Source: Octopus vulgaris
Lineage: Eukaryota
Reading direction: 5' to 3'
Length of the DNA: 64,000 bases
Assembly: GCA_951406725.2 (NCBI GenBank)
Contig: OX597814.1
Coordinates: 128,278,001 to 128,342,000, forward strand
Within the stretch, counting starts at the first letter, position 1; the number at the start of each line of letters is the position of its first letter. Made by a program: the position numbers and the translations under genes. Below are positions 25,437-38,604 of this stretch, one piece after another. The notes beneath the pieces were generated by a model. It had not been told where the DNA came from and ran no database searches. It saw only the letters and a list, made by a program, of their open reading frames with translations.

Positions 25437-25712
25437 TATGAAGATGTATCATCTCTTGTGAAAGGTAGAAGAGTCCAATTTGCTGGACATTGTTGTAGAG
25501 CTGAAAACGAGGTAATTTCTACTCTTCTCCTCTGGAAGGCATCTGCTCACGATACCAGAGGGCGCACACACTCCTACCCTGATGTAATCTCCAGGGATAC
25601 AGGCATCCAGCAACAGGACCTCCGTAATGCTATGATGGACCGTGAAGTCTGGCATAACATAGTAAGTTCCATTGTCTCGACCACGGTCGAACAATGATGA
25701 TGATGATGAAGA
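25437..25712 (+). mobile_element. 5'-truncated LINE (RTE-X/Proto2-like) ORF2 C-terminus
   Basis: RRVQFAGHCCRA...LLLW...GR...MMDREVW; (GAT)n tail. Confidence 0.8.
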
Positions 25713-25719
25713 TGTTTAA

Positions 25720-26300
25720 GGAGTTATGGATGGCATTATTAGCAAAGAAGTGTGTACTGCTGCCAGTAACAACATGTAGATTATTAATGTACAGAAGGAA
25801 AAGGCTGGAGAATATAACTGGATCTTGTGGTACACATCAGTTGCAGAGATCTTCTCCAATTTCCTTGATCCAAGAAGTGAGAGACAGATAAAGCCTATAT
25901 GTGGTACCTTAGCTAGAAGTTTCTCATGCCAAATACAGTCAAACTGTTGTGGAATGTAAGAGAGCAAGTGCCTGTGCAATTAAGTTTGTTGTTATTGAGA
26001 GACTCAAGGTTATGAAAGATTTTGTTTATGACTGTCTTCACCATGTTTGAGATATTGGAACTGAAGATGATAAGGCAATAATTGGCAGGGTCAGAGAGGT
26101 TATCCTTCAGAATGGGATTCATAAACATAAGTACCACTAGGTCTGGAGTTGATGTAGATTTCACTAGATTAGAATAGATCCTTACAGAGAAAGGTTGAAG
26201 AATTTGAGTAAAAGAGCTGGATCTGGAATACAATGTTTGAGATCATGGAAGAAAGTGTCATCTGAGTTGTTTTTAAACTTAGGGTGTGATGTTGTGCAAA
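25720..26300 (-). mobile_element. Decayed CR1/L2-group reverse transcriptase fragment
   Basis: PILKDNLSDPANYCLIIFSSNISNMVKTVIN resembles the RT domain-0/1 motif PxxK.D.SDP.NYRPISLTS..SK..E..IN. Confidence 0.6.
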
Positions 26301-27004
26301 TAAAGCTTGGAGCAGATTCATGCCGGTGGCACATAAAAGCACCCACTACACTCTCGGAGTGGTTGGTGTTAGGAAGGGCATCCAGCTGTAGAAACTCTGG
26401 CAGATCAGATTGGAGCCTGGTGCAACCTTCTTGTTCGCCAGTCCTCAGTCAAATCATCCAACCCATGCTAGCATGGAAAGCGGACATTAAACGATGATGA
26501 TGATGATGATGATGTAATTTTCTAGAGCCTGTTCTCTTTTATGTGCAAGTGGTAGATACACTAGAGGTATATCTTATAAATGATTTGGACCAAAAGCACT
26601 AAAGAGGTTTATTACAGATGAAGCACCGTTTTGTTTTTCTAAAAGTGCTATTGTCTTAATCCTTCACTTAGTGAAAAATTAGGTGATGAGCACTGCTAGA
26701 TTTAGTGTATAACCTACATTGTCTTCAAGTTAAATTGAATCTTTTTCAACATAGGCACAAAATCTCAAATATTTTGTGAGGTACAATCAAGATTCCTACC
26801 ACAGTTTTAGACTAGTATATATTTTTATTAAACCCAGAATAAGAGGGTTAAAGTTTAGTAGGATTCAAAATCGGGATGTAAAGAGGCATAACTAAATACC
26901 ACAAAGCATTTTACCCAACATTCTACTAATCCAATTTTACCCAACATTCTACCAATCCAATCCTCATTTTAAGTTGAAAGGAAAATTCTGTTTCATATTT
27001 TCAG

Positions 27005-27069
27005 ATGGAGCAATAAAGTTCCTAAAAGAAATGGCTGGAGAACTTGGTTTGCCATATAAAGTGATTGAG
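27005..27069 (+). CDS. ACY1: ACY1 exon 2
   Basis: ttttcag|AT...GAG|gtgagc; (D)GAIKFLKEMAGELGLPYKVIE. Confidence 0.93.
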
Positions 27070-27192
27070 GTGAGCAATGTAACTTCTATTTATTTAAGGT
27101 TAACAGAAATAATTACTTAAGTTCATTAAACTCCTGTTTAATTAAATTTACCAGTTAACTACAGCTTTTCTTATCTCTTCTCTCCCCATAAA

Positions 27193-27600
27193 GGTATGTT
27201 TCTTTATTAGCCACAGAGGGCTGAACACAGACGGGACAAATTACAAAGTAGAGCTTTTCTTTTTGGGGAGAAAAAAAAAAGTGGGGTAGGTTTTCAATCA
27301 AAAGGGATCGTAAAAAGAAAAGAAAAAAAAACGATCAATAGGGATCGTGTATCACAGAAATGTCATGATGTAAAGTGTAAAGGGGACAACAGATAAGGTT
27401 TATCCATGGAAAGAAAAGCCTATGGAAAAGACCACGGTAACCTTGGTCAATAATGTCACATATTAACACATTTATTTGCAAGTAAGTTACTCTCTGTTTT
27501 AAATTTTTCGAGGTTCATAGGATCATACTCAAGGTGGCTTTGTCATTCATATGTGCCATCCTTGCTACATTCACCCATCTTTTTTTGAAGCATTCACTAG
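27193..27600 (-). mobile_element. LINE 3' end (probably Tx1/L1 group) sharing its tail with SINE family B
   Basis: Minus-strand ECFKKRWVNVARMAHMNDKATLSMIL*, then a UTR ending TGTGTTCAGCCCTCTGTGGCTAATAAAGAAA. Confidence 0.6.
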
Positions 27601-28493
27601 ACAAAAATTACCTCTCTACTCTCACTTTCCTTTTCAAGTGATACTTGAAGAAGTTGATGTGAGATTGACCAGAGAGAAAAATGTTTGTCTCTAATCCTTT
27701 CAGACGCGTCCACCAGATACATTCTTTCGCCATAGATTACTAAGTAAATCAAGAAACAAAGACAATAGTCATAATTCTGTGACGTTTCCTTGACAATGTA
27801 GAAGATTGCTTTGTTTGTGGATGAGTTCTTTCCCATCATTTAGATATTTAGCATGAATTCTCTTTCTCTTCGTTGGGTTTTCAGATGTTTGATCAGATAT
27901 TTTAAACACTGTCTATACACCATCTACAGAAAAAAAAAAAAACCTTTTTAATTCTCCCAACTAGAAATGTAAACAAACCAACACTTGTCAAGCAGTTGTG
28001 GGGACTAATGCAAAAACACCACACACAAATACATAAATACATATATGACAGGCTTCGACATAGTTTTCATCTACCAAATTCAATCACAATACATTGATCT
28101 TCCTGGGGGTTGTAGTAGTAAACATTTGTCCAACGTGCTGCACAGTGGGACTGAACTCGAAGCCATGTGGTCTTATCTTGTGAGCTATTTGGTGATCGCA
28201 CAGGTGCTGGTGGCACAAAAAAGTACCGAGTGCTCTCTTTAAAGTGGATGGTGTAAGGAAGGGCATCCAGCCATTGAAATCATGATAAAGCTGACACTGG
28301 AGCCTATTGGACTCTGAGCTATCAGATCCTATCAAACCATTCAGCCCATGCCAGTGTGCAATGTGGCTGCTAAATCAGGATGAGTAACACACCTTCAATC
28401 TAAGCAAAAATAGAGAAACAGAGAAAATTGAAAAAATTGTCCTGTTTTTGTCTATTTTTTTCTTTCTGTATTTTTTAATGTATTATTTTTTAG

Positions 28494-28598
28494 GTTTCTC
28501 CAGGCAAGCCTGTGTTTGTGATGACTGTTGAAGGAAAAGACCCTTCCTTACCATCTTTAATGTTGAATTCTCATATTGATGTTGTTCCAGTAGATATG
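28494..28598 (+). CDS. ACY1: ACY1 exon 3
   Basis: VSPGKPVFVMTVEGKDPSLPSLMLNSHIDVVPVDM; M20 motif NSHxDVVP (Zn ligand H84); AG/GT boundaries. Confidence 0.97.
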
Positions 28599-30077
28599 GT
28601 AAATATTGCTTATTTGTTTTGGTTTGAAAGTGAACAAGGGGTTAGGGTTAGGGTTAGTCTTTGAGGCTGCGGTTGGGGAAAAAAATGAGGCTAGATGCTA
28701 TTAACAATCCACCACCCTCATGAGCTGAACAATACGTGTATGTTGTTCCCCTGCAAAACCCTCATTTCCATCACTGGATGCTGTAATCTGAAAGGTGGGA
28801 ACTGAGTCGTGTTATTACATTTATCATGCAGAAGAGTTTTAAATGTGCTCTTATAAATTTATTCTTTCTTATTTCTTTATTGCCCACAAGGAGCTAATAT
28901 AGAGGGGACAAATAAGGACAGACATAGGGATTAAGTCGATTACATCGACCCCAGTGCGTAACTGGTGCTTAATTTATTGACCCCGAAAGGATGAAAGGCA
29001 AAGTTGACCTCGGCAGAATTTGAACTCAGAACGTAGCGGCAGACGAAATACCGCTAAGCATTTCGTTCAGCTCGCTAATGATTCTGCCAGCTCGCAGCCT
29101 TATTATTCTTTCTGTGACATGAATTTATTCTTTCTGTGACATGAATACATCAAGTTACAATTTCTACCATGAACCACTTAATGAACCAACAGGGGAGCTT
29201 CTATGTGTCCAAGCCAACAAGGATCTCTTGGCCTGCTTGAAATAGAAGGAAATCTTCTTTAAATCTCACTACCATACTAAAAGAAAATAGCCAGGACACA
29301 TTAGATAATACAGCCCTACATCTCCTGAGAAAGACAGGATGGCCATGAATGGTATGTCTTTCATCATAAGTTGATCAGTGTTGAGCTGAAGTTAGGGCTA
29401 AATGACAACAACCAGTTGGAAACTAAACTCAATCTGACTTGGCTTGAATTTTCTTTCTGCTTATGATTCTAAGTAGAGATTAAGGATTTTTCACATTAAT
29501 CCTTTTGTTACCATATTTATGTTGGAACACATTGCCTTTGTTTCAGTTTAATTTTGAAAATAACGAAGAATTTATTAAAATACAAATTAACATAAAATTT
29601 TAACGGTGAGTTTTAATTTAAAACACTTTAAAACAGAATTTTAACCATGGAATGTAAGGGTGGTTTCAGGCAGGTGGCTGTTAAAAAGGTGAACCAACTC
29701 ATTCTGTCTTTGCCAGGCAGTGAGCTGGCAGACTCATTAGCATGTCAGGACAAAATTCTTGAGAATGTTTCTTCTGGCCACTTAGTTCTGTGTTCAAATC
29801 CCACTGAGATCAACTTCGTCTTTCATCCCTCCGGGGCTGATTACTGGGGTTGAAGTAATTGACTTGTCTCCTTCCTCCAAAAATTGTAGGCCTTAAACCC
29901 TGGAATGGGCCATTGTCCTGCTCAGTGGGGATGTTGGAAATCTGGTAGACAGCTTTATGAGTGCTAAGGCTCAAGAAAAACAAAAAAAATTCAGTTTTCA
30001 TACAAATCAATTATTCATTACTAATTATTGTTGGTATTGATATGCTTATTGATCAATTAATCTTATTTTTTTCATAG

Positions 30078-30149
30078 GATTGTTGGAAAGTCGATCCTTT
30101 CAGTGCTGAGAAAATGGAAAATGGAGATATTTATGCTCGAGGAACTCAA
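30078..30149 (+). CDS. ACY1: ACY1 exon 4
   Basis: DCWKVDPFSAEKMENGDIYARGTQ; catag|...|gtatgt. Confidence 0.97.
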
Positions 30150-30262
30150 GTATGTTTATTTTAAACTTTACTTTTATTTCTATTTTTACCTCTCACTTTG
30201 AATGAAAACATCACAAAGGATCATAAGTTAATATACTGTGAACCCTTTGTGTTTATTTGCCA

Positions 30263-30437
30263 AGTGTAGGAGTGGCTGTGTGGTAAGTAGCTTGCTTACG
30301 AACCACATGGTTCCGGGTTCCATCCCACTGTGTGGTACCTTGGGCAAGTGTCTTCTTCTATAGCCTCGGGCCGACCAAAGCCTTGTGAGTGGACTTGGTA
30401 GACGGAAACTGAAAGAAGCCCATCGTATGTATGTATA

Positions 30438-30490
<53 letters not shown>

Positions 30491-30704
30491 ATATGTTTGT
30501 GTGTCTGTGTCTGTTCCCCCACTATCGCTTGACAACTGATGCTGGTGTGTTTGTGTCCCTGCAACTTGGCGGTTCGACGAAAGATATCGATAGAATAAGT
30601 ACTAGGCTTACAAAGAATAAGTCCTGGGGTCGATTTGCTCGACTAAAGGCAGTGCCACAGTCAAATGACTGAAACAAGTAAAAGAGTAAAAGAGAGTAAA
30701 GAAT
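30263..30704 (+). mobile_element. SINE family A
   Basis: Near-identical to 5170-5565. Confidence 0.88.
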
Positions 30705-31439
30705 AACACAGACCATCACTAGTTTCCTTGGTTTCTGCTATCTTAATTAGTTACTTTAGATACTTTTCAACCCTGTTGTTTGGGGTTCAGTCCTACTGTG
30801 TGTCACCTTGCACAAGTGTTTTCTGCTATAGCCACTGGCTAACCAAACCTTTGTGAGTGGATTTAGTGGGAGGAAATTGAATAAAGCCTATTTTGTGTGT
30901 GTGTGTTTGTGACTCCTCATTTTGACATATGATAATTGTAAATGAGTGTCACTGTCATGCAAGTGGTGTCGTTTGTTTCCAATCTTCAGTGCAAACATGT
31001 CCAGACATGGGGAAATATTACATGTTTGGAAACAAGTGAGGGTTGGCAACAGGAAGGGCATCCAACTGTATCACATTTGCTTCAATGAATTCCATCTGAC
31101 CCATGCAAGCATAGAAAAGTAGACATTAAAAAACAACAAAAAGAATGCTAGTATGGACAGTGGATTAATAACAATCTATCCTTGTAGAATTAATTAAAGG
31201 CTTGGTTTAAAAATCCTGGAATATTTCTGAACATGACAGACACCTTAAGAAGGTCAAAACACTATGACAGTTACAACCAAGATGAGGTCATTAGTCTAAA
31301 TATATCAGTGCATACTTAACAATTGTTTCATTGCTATGTTAACAAAGTTCAGTGAAGTCTATGCTCTCTGAAAAGGTTATAATAATACTGAAACATGTCT
31401 AGAATTATCACCTGTTGTTGAAATGATTTTAAAATATTA

Positions 31440-31780
31440 GGTGGTGGTGGGGCTCCGAAAGGGGTCTCAGAGAGTAGTGTCCCTGCCTTCTTGAGCTAGT
31501 TTTCCACCACATTTCTTAAAAATCGTAGTAGAGGCCTTGGTCTTGGGACCACTCATGTCTAGAAACTGAGGTTGGGGGTAAGCAAGGGCATGTTCCCCAT
31601 AGAAAATTCAGCTCCCAAAAAAGCCTCACGATAGCAAAGGAGAATGGGCACCAGCCAGCCCAAAGGTTGGGGTGGGCTGCACCTGCCTACCTCGGTTACT
31701 ATGGCATTGAGGTAGATCTGGCCTCCCCAGTTAATGGGGACAAAACCTGGATTTAAAACACTGGATGATGATGATGATGA
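31440..31780 (+). mobile_element. GC-rich retroposon 3' end with (GAT)n tail
   Basis: Abrupt GC-rich block ending in GATGATGAT; family not identified. Confidence 0.45.
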
Positions 31781-33919
31781 GTTGTTGACTAATCATCATC
31801 ATGGTTTAACGTCCGTTTTCCATGCTAGCATGGGTTGGACGGGAGCATGGGTTGTTGACTAATATTTTACTTATTTTTCTTTTACTTTGCATTATTATAT
31901 CTAGTTAGCTTTTAAATATTTCCTGCATCAAATATGTTAACATGTCTATAACTATTGGTGTCAAATAGTCAAGAATTGAGTGCGTTTTATTTTCTTTGTG
32001 GTATCTTATTACAGTTGACAACTGGTGAAGAAAGTATGTGTGCATTAATGTACACACTTGGCTATTAAATAAATTTCACTTGATTTTGACAGTGACTTTT
32101 CAGTCTTTTCATCAACTGAACTGCCTGTCTGCTCATTGAACTAGCTTGTAAGTGGCTGAGTATTCCTTAATGTAATTCTCAGATGGAATTAGTATGAAAC
32201 ACTGTGGGTACAATCCATCCAATGGGCTTCCATAGTTTCCATGTTTCAAATTTCTCTCTCAAATCTTAGATCATCCTGAGGCTATACGGAAAAAAACCCC
32301 ACTTTCCTAAGATACCATGCAGTGGAAACGAACCAAGGTGAAATTAATAATCATTCATGCCAGTGGTACGTAAAAAGCACAATTCGAGCATGATCGTTAC
32401 CAGCGTCGCCTTACTGGCACTTGCGCTGATGGCACATGAAAAAACATTCAAGTGAGGTTGTTGCCAGTGCCGCTGGACTGGCTCCTGTGCAGGTGGCACA
32501 TTAAAAAACAACATTTGAGCGTGGTTGTTGCCAGTACCGCCTGACTGGCCCTCGTGCCGGTGGCACGTAAAAGCACCCAGTACACTCACACAGTGGCTGG
32601 CGTTAGGAAGGGCATCCAGCTGTAGAAACTCTGCCAGATCAGATTGGAGCCTGTTGCAGCTATCTGGTTCGCCAGTCCTCAGTCAAATCGTCCAATCCAT
32701 GCTAATATGGAAAGCGGACGTTAAACGATGATGATGATGATGATGATCTGGCTGTCCATAGTTACGATTTTATTTACATAAATAGCAATTCATTTGATAG
32801 CGAGGGAACTGTAAGTGCTGCTTATTTATGAACGCAGTTATGTCCCTTACATCTGTTTCCTCGTGCTTTGGTTACTGACAAAGTTTCTTAAATTGATTAA
32901 TAGATTACATTTAGAACTTCTTTATTACAACGCTATATATCGTATCTCTAAGGAGATGGAATGGCTACGGCTGGACTGACGTAGGGCTAAATACCAACTA
33001 TCTGCATGCGATAGGCTTTCTTGATCAGAACTCTCCAGGGCTACACAACTACAGCAATTATTCTTTACTCACAGAGCTTATACTATCTACATCAGAATGG
33101 ATTAGAATGATCAAAATTCATTTCACTCATCAATCACTGACCCAATACAAGCACACAGACATAGCTGTGTGCTTAAGAAGCTCACTGGTTTGTCTTCTTG
33201 TACCACCTCCACCCTGGTGCATCTGGCTGATCTCCTCTTCATCACCTGCACTAACCATTATATTCAGTCATTCCTCCCTAGATCATCAGTCCTCTGGAAT
33301 TTCCTCCCTGCCTATATTTGTTGTTCAGTGTTTTACCTTCAGCCTTGGATAACCAGTAATGTCCATACCATATTTCCTTCCTTTGAATCAAACCATTAAA
33401 AAAATTTTATGTACTGCTTTAAATTTAGTATTAGATCTTTATGAATATACAATTTAAAATAAATCAGCTTTAATTATTTGTGGGTGACGTGTGTGTGTGT
33501 GTGTGCGTGCCTCCTCATCTTATTTCTTTACTGCCCACAAGGGGCTAAACACAGAGAGGACAAACAAGGACAAATGAATTAAGTAGATTATATTGACCCC
33601 AGTGTGTGACTGGTACTTATTTAATCGACCCCGAAAGGATGGGAATTTGAACTCAAAACGTAGCGACAGACGAAATACTGCTAAGCATTTCGTCTGGCTT
33701 ATTAACGTTTCTGCCAGCTCGCCGCCTCATCTTGACATATGATAGTTGTAAACAATTCACTGTCATGCATGTGTTGTCATTTGTTTCCAATCTTCAGTGT
33801 AAACATGCTCAGACATGGGTAAATATTACAAATTTTTTTAAACAAATTTTTTTATTAACATTTTGTATTGTTTCACTATATTTTATTTTTCTTATACTTC
33901 ATAAATCTTTTACTTTTAG

Positions 33920-33942
33920 GACATGAAATGTGTTGGAATACA
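33920..33942 (+). CDS. ACY1: ACY1 exon 5 (23-nt microexon)
   Basis: cttttag|GACATGAAATGTGTTGGAATACA|gtaagt = DMKCVGI(Q); completes RGxQDMK with Zn ligand D117. Confidence 0.93.
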
Positions 33943-34291
33943 GTAAGTATTAAAATATTTTTCAATGAAGTTCTATTATTATTATTTTTTTTTTTTTTAT
34001 TATTCTAGCTTAGTCAAAAAAGTGAGTGTAGTGTTCATGACATTCGTGTTTTATTTCTTTAGCCCACCCCCATTTTCTACCAAAGGGTTTTCAAAGTTGG
34101 TGACCATTTGCAAGGTCTCCAACTTTTGTGGAGAAAATGGAGAAACTATCTATCCAAAAAGCACTTGTACTGTTTCCATTGACCCAATTTTAGGTTGCCC
34201 TAGATTATGATAAGAGACACTTTCCTAATTCACTAATGCAGTAGGATCAAATTTGGGACAACGAAATTACAAAACAAAGGTCTTAACCAAA

Positions 34292-34699
34292 GGCGCAGGA
34301 GTGGCTGTGTGGTAAGTAGCTTGCTTACCAGTCACATGGTTCCGGGTTCAATCCCACTGCGTGGCACCTTGGGCAAGTGTCTTCTACTATAGCTTCGGGC
34401 CGACCAAAGCCTTGTGAGTGGATTTGGTAGACAGAAACTGAAAGAAGCCCATTGTATATATGTATACATATACATGTATGTGTGTGTATATGTTTATGTG
34501 TCTGTGTTTGTCCCGTCCAACATCACTCGACAACTGATGCTGGTGTGTTTACGTTCTCGTAACTTAGTGGTTTGGCAAAAGAGAGAGATAGAATATGTCC
34601 TAGGCTTACAAAGAATAAGTCCTGGGGTCGATTTGCTCGACTAAAAGCGGTGCTCCAGCATGGCCACAGTCAAATGACTGAAACTAGTAAAAGAGTAAA
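34292..34699 (+). mobile_element. SINE family A
   Basis: Near-identical to 5170-5565. Confidence 0.88.
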
Positions 34700-34792
34700 T
34701 GACCAAGCTTGTACTCACAACTTCTTTTGTTATTAAATACAAAGTATACCAATCTTCTGTCCCAATTTTTACATCACCAATCTTATGACTTA

Positions 34793-35189
34793 CTAGCAGT
34801 ATCACCTGGTGTTGCTCGGGTTTGTAAGGGAAATAACTATATAAGCATTTTTAGAGATGTAAAGTATAATAGCCATCTCAATATGGTTAACCACAAAAGG
34901 GGGGGTGTTACTGTAGCTTTTTACGTTCTGAGATTTAATAATAAACTTTTAGAGAGTTACTTCCCTTATATATGCCAAAAATGCATTAAAAATGGGAAAA
35001 ATTGATGGTAAATTTTTTTTTAAATCGTAGACTCATCGTAGACGCGCCCTAATACCCAGAAGGACTCGATATGACTCACGACTATAAGATACCCGGTTTT
35101 GGTTAAACTGCACCGCAAAATGTGGGAGTAGTTAGGAATCTAAATCGTAGGAGACAGACAGCACACAACCTTACTTTTATATATAAAGA
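34793..35189 (-). mobile_element. Non-autonomous Helitron
   Basis: 5' TCTTTATATATAAAAG, 3' CCCGAGCAACACCAGG + CTAG, inserted between A and T with no TSD. Confidence 0.8.
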
Positions 35190-35382
35190 TTAATATATAT
35201 GCATGCTCCATTGCTATGTACATGTTTTGTCACACATATTTCCAAATTAATGGCTTATAATATATTCATTTTTTGCTGTATCATGACATATCTCTTTTAT
35301 CTTTGTTTATGTAATTAATTTTAGTAAATTGAAGTAAAGATGGTCTCAGTTTTTCCATTATTTTAAAAAATATTTTCAACAG

Positions 35383-35459
35383 ATATATTGAAGCTATACG
35401 CCAACTTTTAAAAGATGGGAAGAAAATGTTGAGAAATATTCACTTGACTTTTATGCCAG
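35383..35459 (+). CDS. ACY1: ACY1 exon 6
   Basis: YIEAIRQLLKDGKKMLRNIHLTFMP; phases compatible with exons 5 and 7. Confidence 0.96.
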
Positions 35460-35684
35460 GTAATTAAATAATTATACCAATTAATGTTTAATGAAGACTA
35501 AAGAAGAAGTTCACTTATTTATGATTATAATATTTAATGGTGTGTTTATTTCTTGTCTCTTGGATTGGAAAGTATGACAGAGCTGGCCTTTTGAAATAAA
35601 ATACAAGCCAGCTGCTGGGATTCCTCACAGTTTTCATAACCAAATTTCACTAACAATGATTGGGTTAATTTGAGGTTCTTGGAG

Positions 35685-36035
35685 CCACCTGTCTAACACT
35701 CATGGACATGTTTACAAAGTCAGAAAACAGCACAGCATCCATGACTTCTGGAAACATTTTTTCACGCTAAGAGTTGCTGAAGTATGGAACAAACTGCCAG
35801 CATCAGTTGTTAGTTGTCGGAGCACTGCATCCTTCAAAACTTCCATGCTTCCTGAGATTCACCAACACTACACCTGATTTTCTCCCCTCCATACACACGT
35901 AAGCATGTATCTGACTCATACACTGTTCACTTCCCAGACATTTGTACATTACTGCATATGCTTTATACGCGCTTTTGACAAGTTGTGGTGCACCTGAGCA
36001 CTGTATACAATAATTTCATTATTATTATTATTATT
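35685..36035 (+). mobile_element. CR1/L2-group LINE 3' end (also 44467-44758 and 46726-47056)
   Basis: HGHVYKVRKQH...KHFFTLRVAEVWNKLPASVVSCRSTASFK is the classic CR1 ORF2 C-terminus; (ATT)n tail. Confidence 0.88.
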
Positions 36036-36525
36036 ATAATATTTAATGGTGTATTTATTTCTTGTCTCTTGGATTGGAAAGTATGATAGAGCTGGCCTTT
36101 TGAAATAAGATACAAGCCAGCTGTTGGGATTCCTCACAGTTTTCGTAACCAAGTTTCACTAACAATGATTGGGTTAATTTGAGGTTCTAGGAGAAGTCAC
36201 TGTTTTTTTTTTTAAGTTGTCTTGAAAATGAAGGATTTTGGACATACTCTCCACAAATTTTTCATGCTTGAGGGTGCGACAGAGAAATTGTGTGGCATGT
36301 GTTGCATTGTGTTATTGTCAATGCAAATGTGATGAACCGGCTGAATTACTAAAGTATCTGAAAAAGATTGTGAAATTTCTTCTGACTCATTACAATTTGA
36401 GTTCAAATTCCACGAGATCAAGTTTGCTTTCCTCTATTCTGGGGTCAATAAAATAAAGTACCAGTCAATTACTGGGGCCAATGTAATCACTAACCCTCTT
36501 CCACAAAGATTGCTGGCTTTGTGCT

Positions 36526-36886
36526 TCAGTCCCACTGTGTGGCACCTTGAGCAAGTGTCTTCTACACTAGCCTCAGGGCAACCAAAGCCTTGTGAGTGGA
36601 TTTAGTAGGCAGAAACTGAAAAAAGCCCGTCGTATATATGTGTATATATATGTGTGTGTGTATATGTTTGTGTGTCTGTGTTTGACCCCCCACCACCACC
36701 ATCGCTTGACAACTGAAGCTGGCGTGTTTACATTCCCATAACTTAGCGGTTCGGCAAAAAGAGACTGATAGAATAAGTACTAGGCTTACAAAGAATAAGT
36801 CGTGGGGTCAATTTGCTCGACTAAAGGCGGTGCTCCAGCATGGCCGCAGTCAAATGACTGAAACAAGTAAAAGAGTAAAAGAGTAA
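36526..36886 (+). mobile_element. SINE family A, 5'-truncated
   Basis: Starts at TTCAGTCCCACTG, joined to a family-B remnant. Confidence 0.85.
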
Positions 36887-37005
36887 TTATTGTCAATGCA
36901 ACTTCAAGCTCTCTCTATATTTTTTTCTGTTCCTTAAACATTTAATGTTTGCCAATGTTTAGATGTTTTGTAGCACAACATGATTCCTGTCTTATTCTTT
37001 TCTAG

Positions 37006-37095
37006 AGGAAGAAGTTGGTGGCATACTTGGAATGAAGTTGTTTGTAAAGCGTGAAGAATTTAAGCAGCTGAACATTGCTTTTGCTTTGGATGAAG
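37006..37095 (+). CDS. ACY1: ACY1 exon 7
   Basis: (E)EEVGGILGMKLFVKREEFKQLNIAFALDE(G); catalytic E151, Zn ligands E152 and E179. Confidence 0.96.
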
Positions 37096-37221
37096 GTTAT
37101 TTATATTTTTAATGGTTTGTAGTAAATGAGACAAATGTTACTTTCCATAAGTGATAAAATACTTTAAAATATTTCATTTTCTAATGACATTTCTAAGTTG
37201 CTGTATATTTTTCTATCTCAG

Positions 37222-37278
37222 GGTTAGCTAATCCAACTGAACATTTCACTATTTTCTATGGAGAAAGATCTGCCTGGT
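37222..37278 (+). CDS. ACY1: ACY1 exon 8
   Basis: LANPTEHFTIFYGERSAW; ctcag|...|gtaagt. Confidence 0.96.
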
Positions 37279-37414
37279 GTAAGTAAATCTAAAATTTTAT
37301 CATTATAACTACTAATAAGTCTAAAATTTGTCTAAAGCTCTTCAAGAACTAAAGTCTAAAGCTCTTCAAGAACTTCTCAATTTCTAATGATTTATCTGAG
37401 GTTCTTTTCCAATA

Positions 37415-37810
37415 GGCGTAGGAGTGGCTGTGTGGTAAATAGCTTGTTTACCAACCACATGGTTCCAGGTTCAGTCCCACTGTGTGGCATCTTGGGTAAG
37501 TGTCTTCTACCATAGCCTCGGGCCGACCAAAGACTTGTGAGTGGATTTGGTAGACGGAAACTGAAAGAAACCCTTCATATATATGTATATATATGTGTGT
37601 TTGTGTGTCTGTGTTTGTCCCCCCACCATCGCTTGACAACCGATGCTGGTGTGTTTACGTCCCCGTAACTTAGCGGTTTGGCAAAAGAGAAACTGATAGA
37701 ATAAGTACTAGGCTTACAAAGAATAAGTCCTGGGGTCGATTTGCTCGACTAAAGGCGGTGCTCCAGCATGGCCACGGTCAAATGACTGAAACAAGTAAAA
37801 AAAAAAAAAA
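37415..37810 (+). mobile_element. SINE family A
   Basis: Near-identical to 5170-5565; poly-A tail. Confidence 0.9.
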
Positions 37811-38604
37811 TGTAAAATAAATGTTAGTTAAAAAAAAGATAATAAAATAAATCGAAAGATTGATTTATAGTAAATATTTAATTATCTTTGAAAAGGTGTG
37901 TCTGCTACCTGCAAAAATTTTATCCAGAAGAAAAGAAAAAATTTAAAAAGAAGACATTTCAATAATTTTTGGTTTTAGAAAACAAACTATTTTACAACAT
38001 GCATTTTAATAAAGCAAATTATTTTAAAATACTGAAGTGGTAATCTGGCAAAAGGATTAGTACACTGAACAAAATGCTTGGCAGTATTTCATCTGTCTTA
38101 ATGTTCTGAGTTCAAATTCTGCCAACTTTGTGTTTCATTGTATCAGGATCATTGAAATAAGTACCAGTTGTGCTCAGGGGTCAATGTAATCAACTAGCTC
38201 CCTCTCCTAAAATATCAGGTCTTGTGCTTATAGTAGACAGGAGTATTATAAAGGTGGCAAACTGGCAGAATCATTAGCATGTCTGACAAAATACTTACTG
38301 GCACTTTATCTGTTAAGTTCTGAGTTCAAATTCTGCTGAGATCAACTTTGCCCTTCATCCTTTCATGGTCGATAAAAGACATACCAGTTGAGCACTGGGG
38401 TCAATGTAATTAACTTACCCCTCTCCCAAAACTGCTGGCTTTGTGCCAAAATTTGAAACCAATATTTTAAAATACTTTTGTATTCAAATTATGTGCTAAC
38501 ATAAATAAACATTATTTAACATTTTAATAAGCAAAATTATCTTAAAATATTTCGTTTTTGGATTTGGTTTGCAAGATTCTTTATATGAGTTCGTGTGTTG
38601 AAGC

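Noticed and set aside
25362-25697. Nested host gene in ACY1 intron 1
   Set aside because: It is a LINE ORF2 C-terminal fragment with a (GAT)n tail
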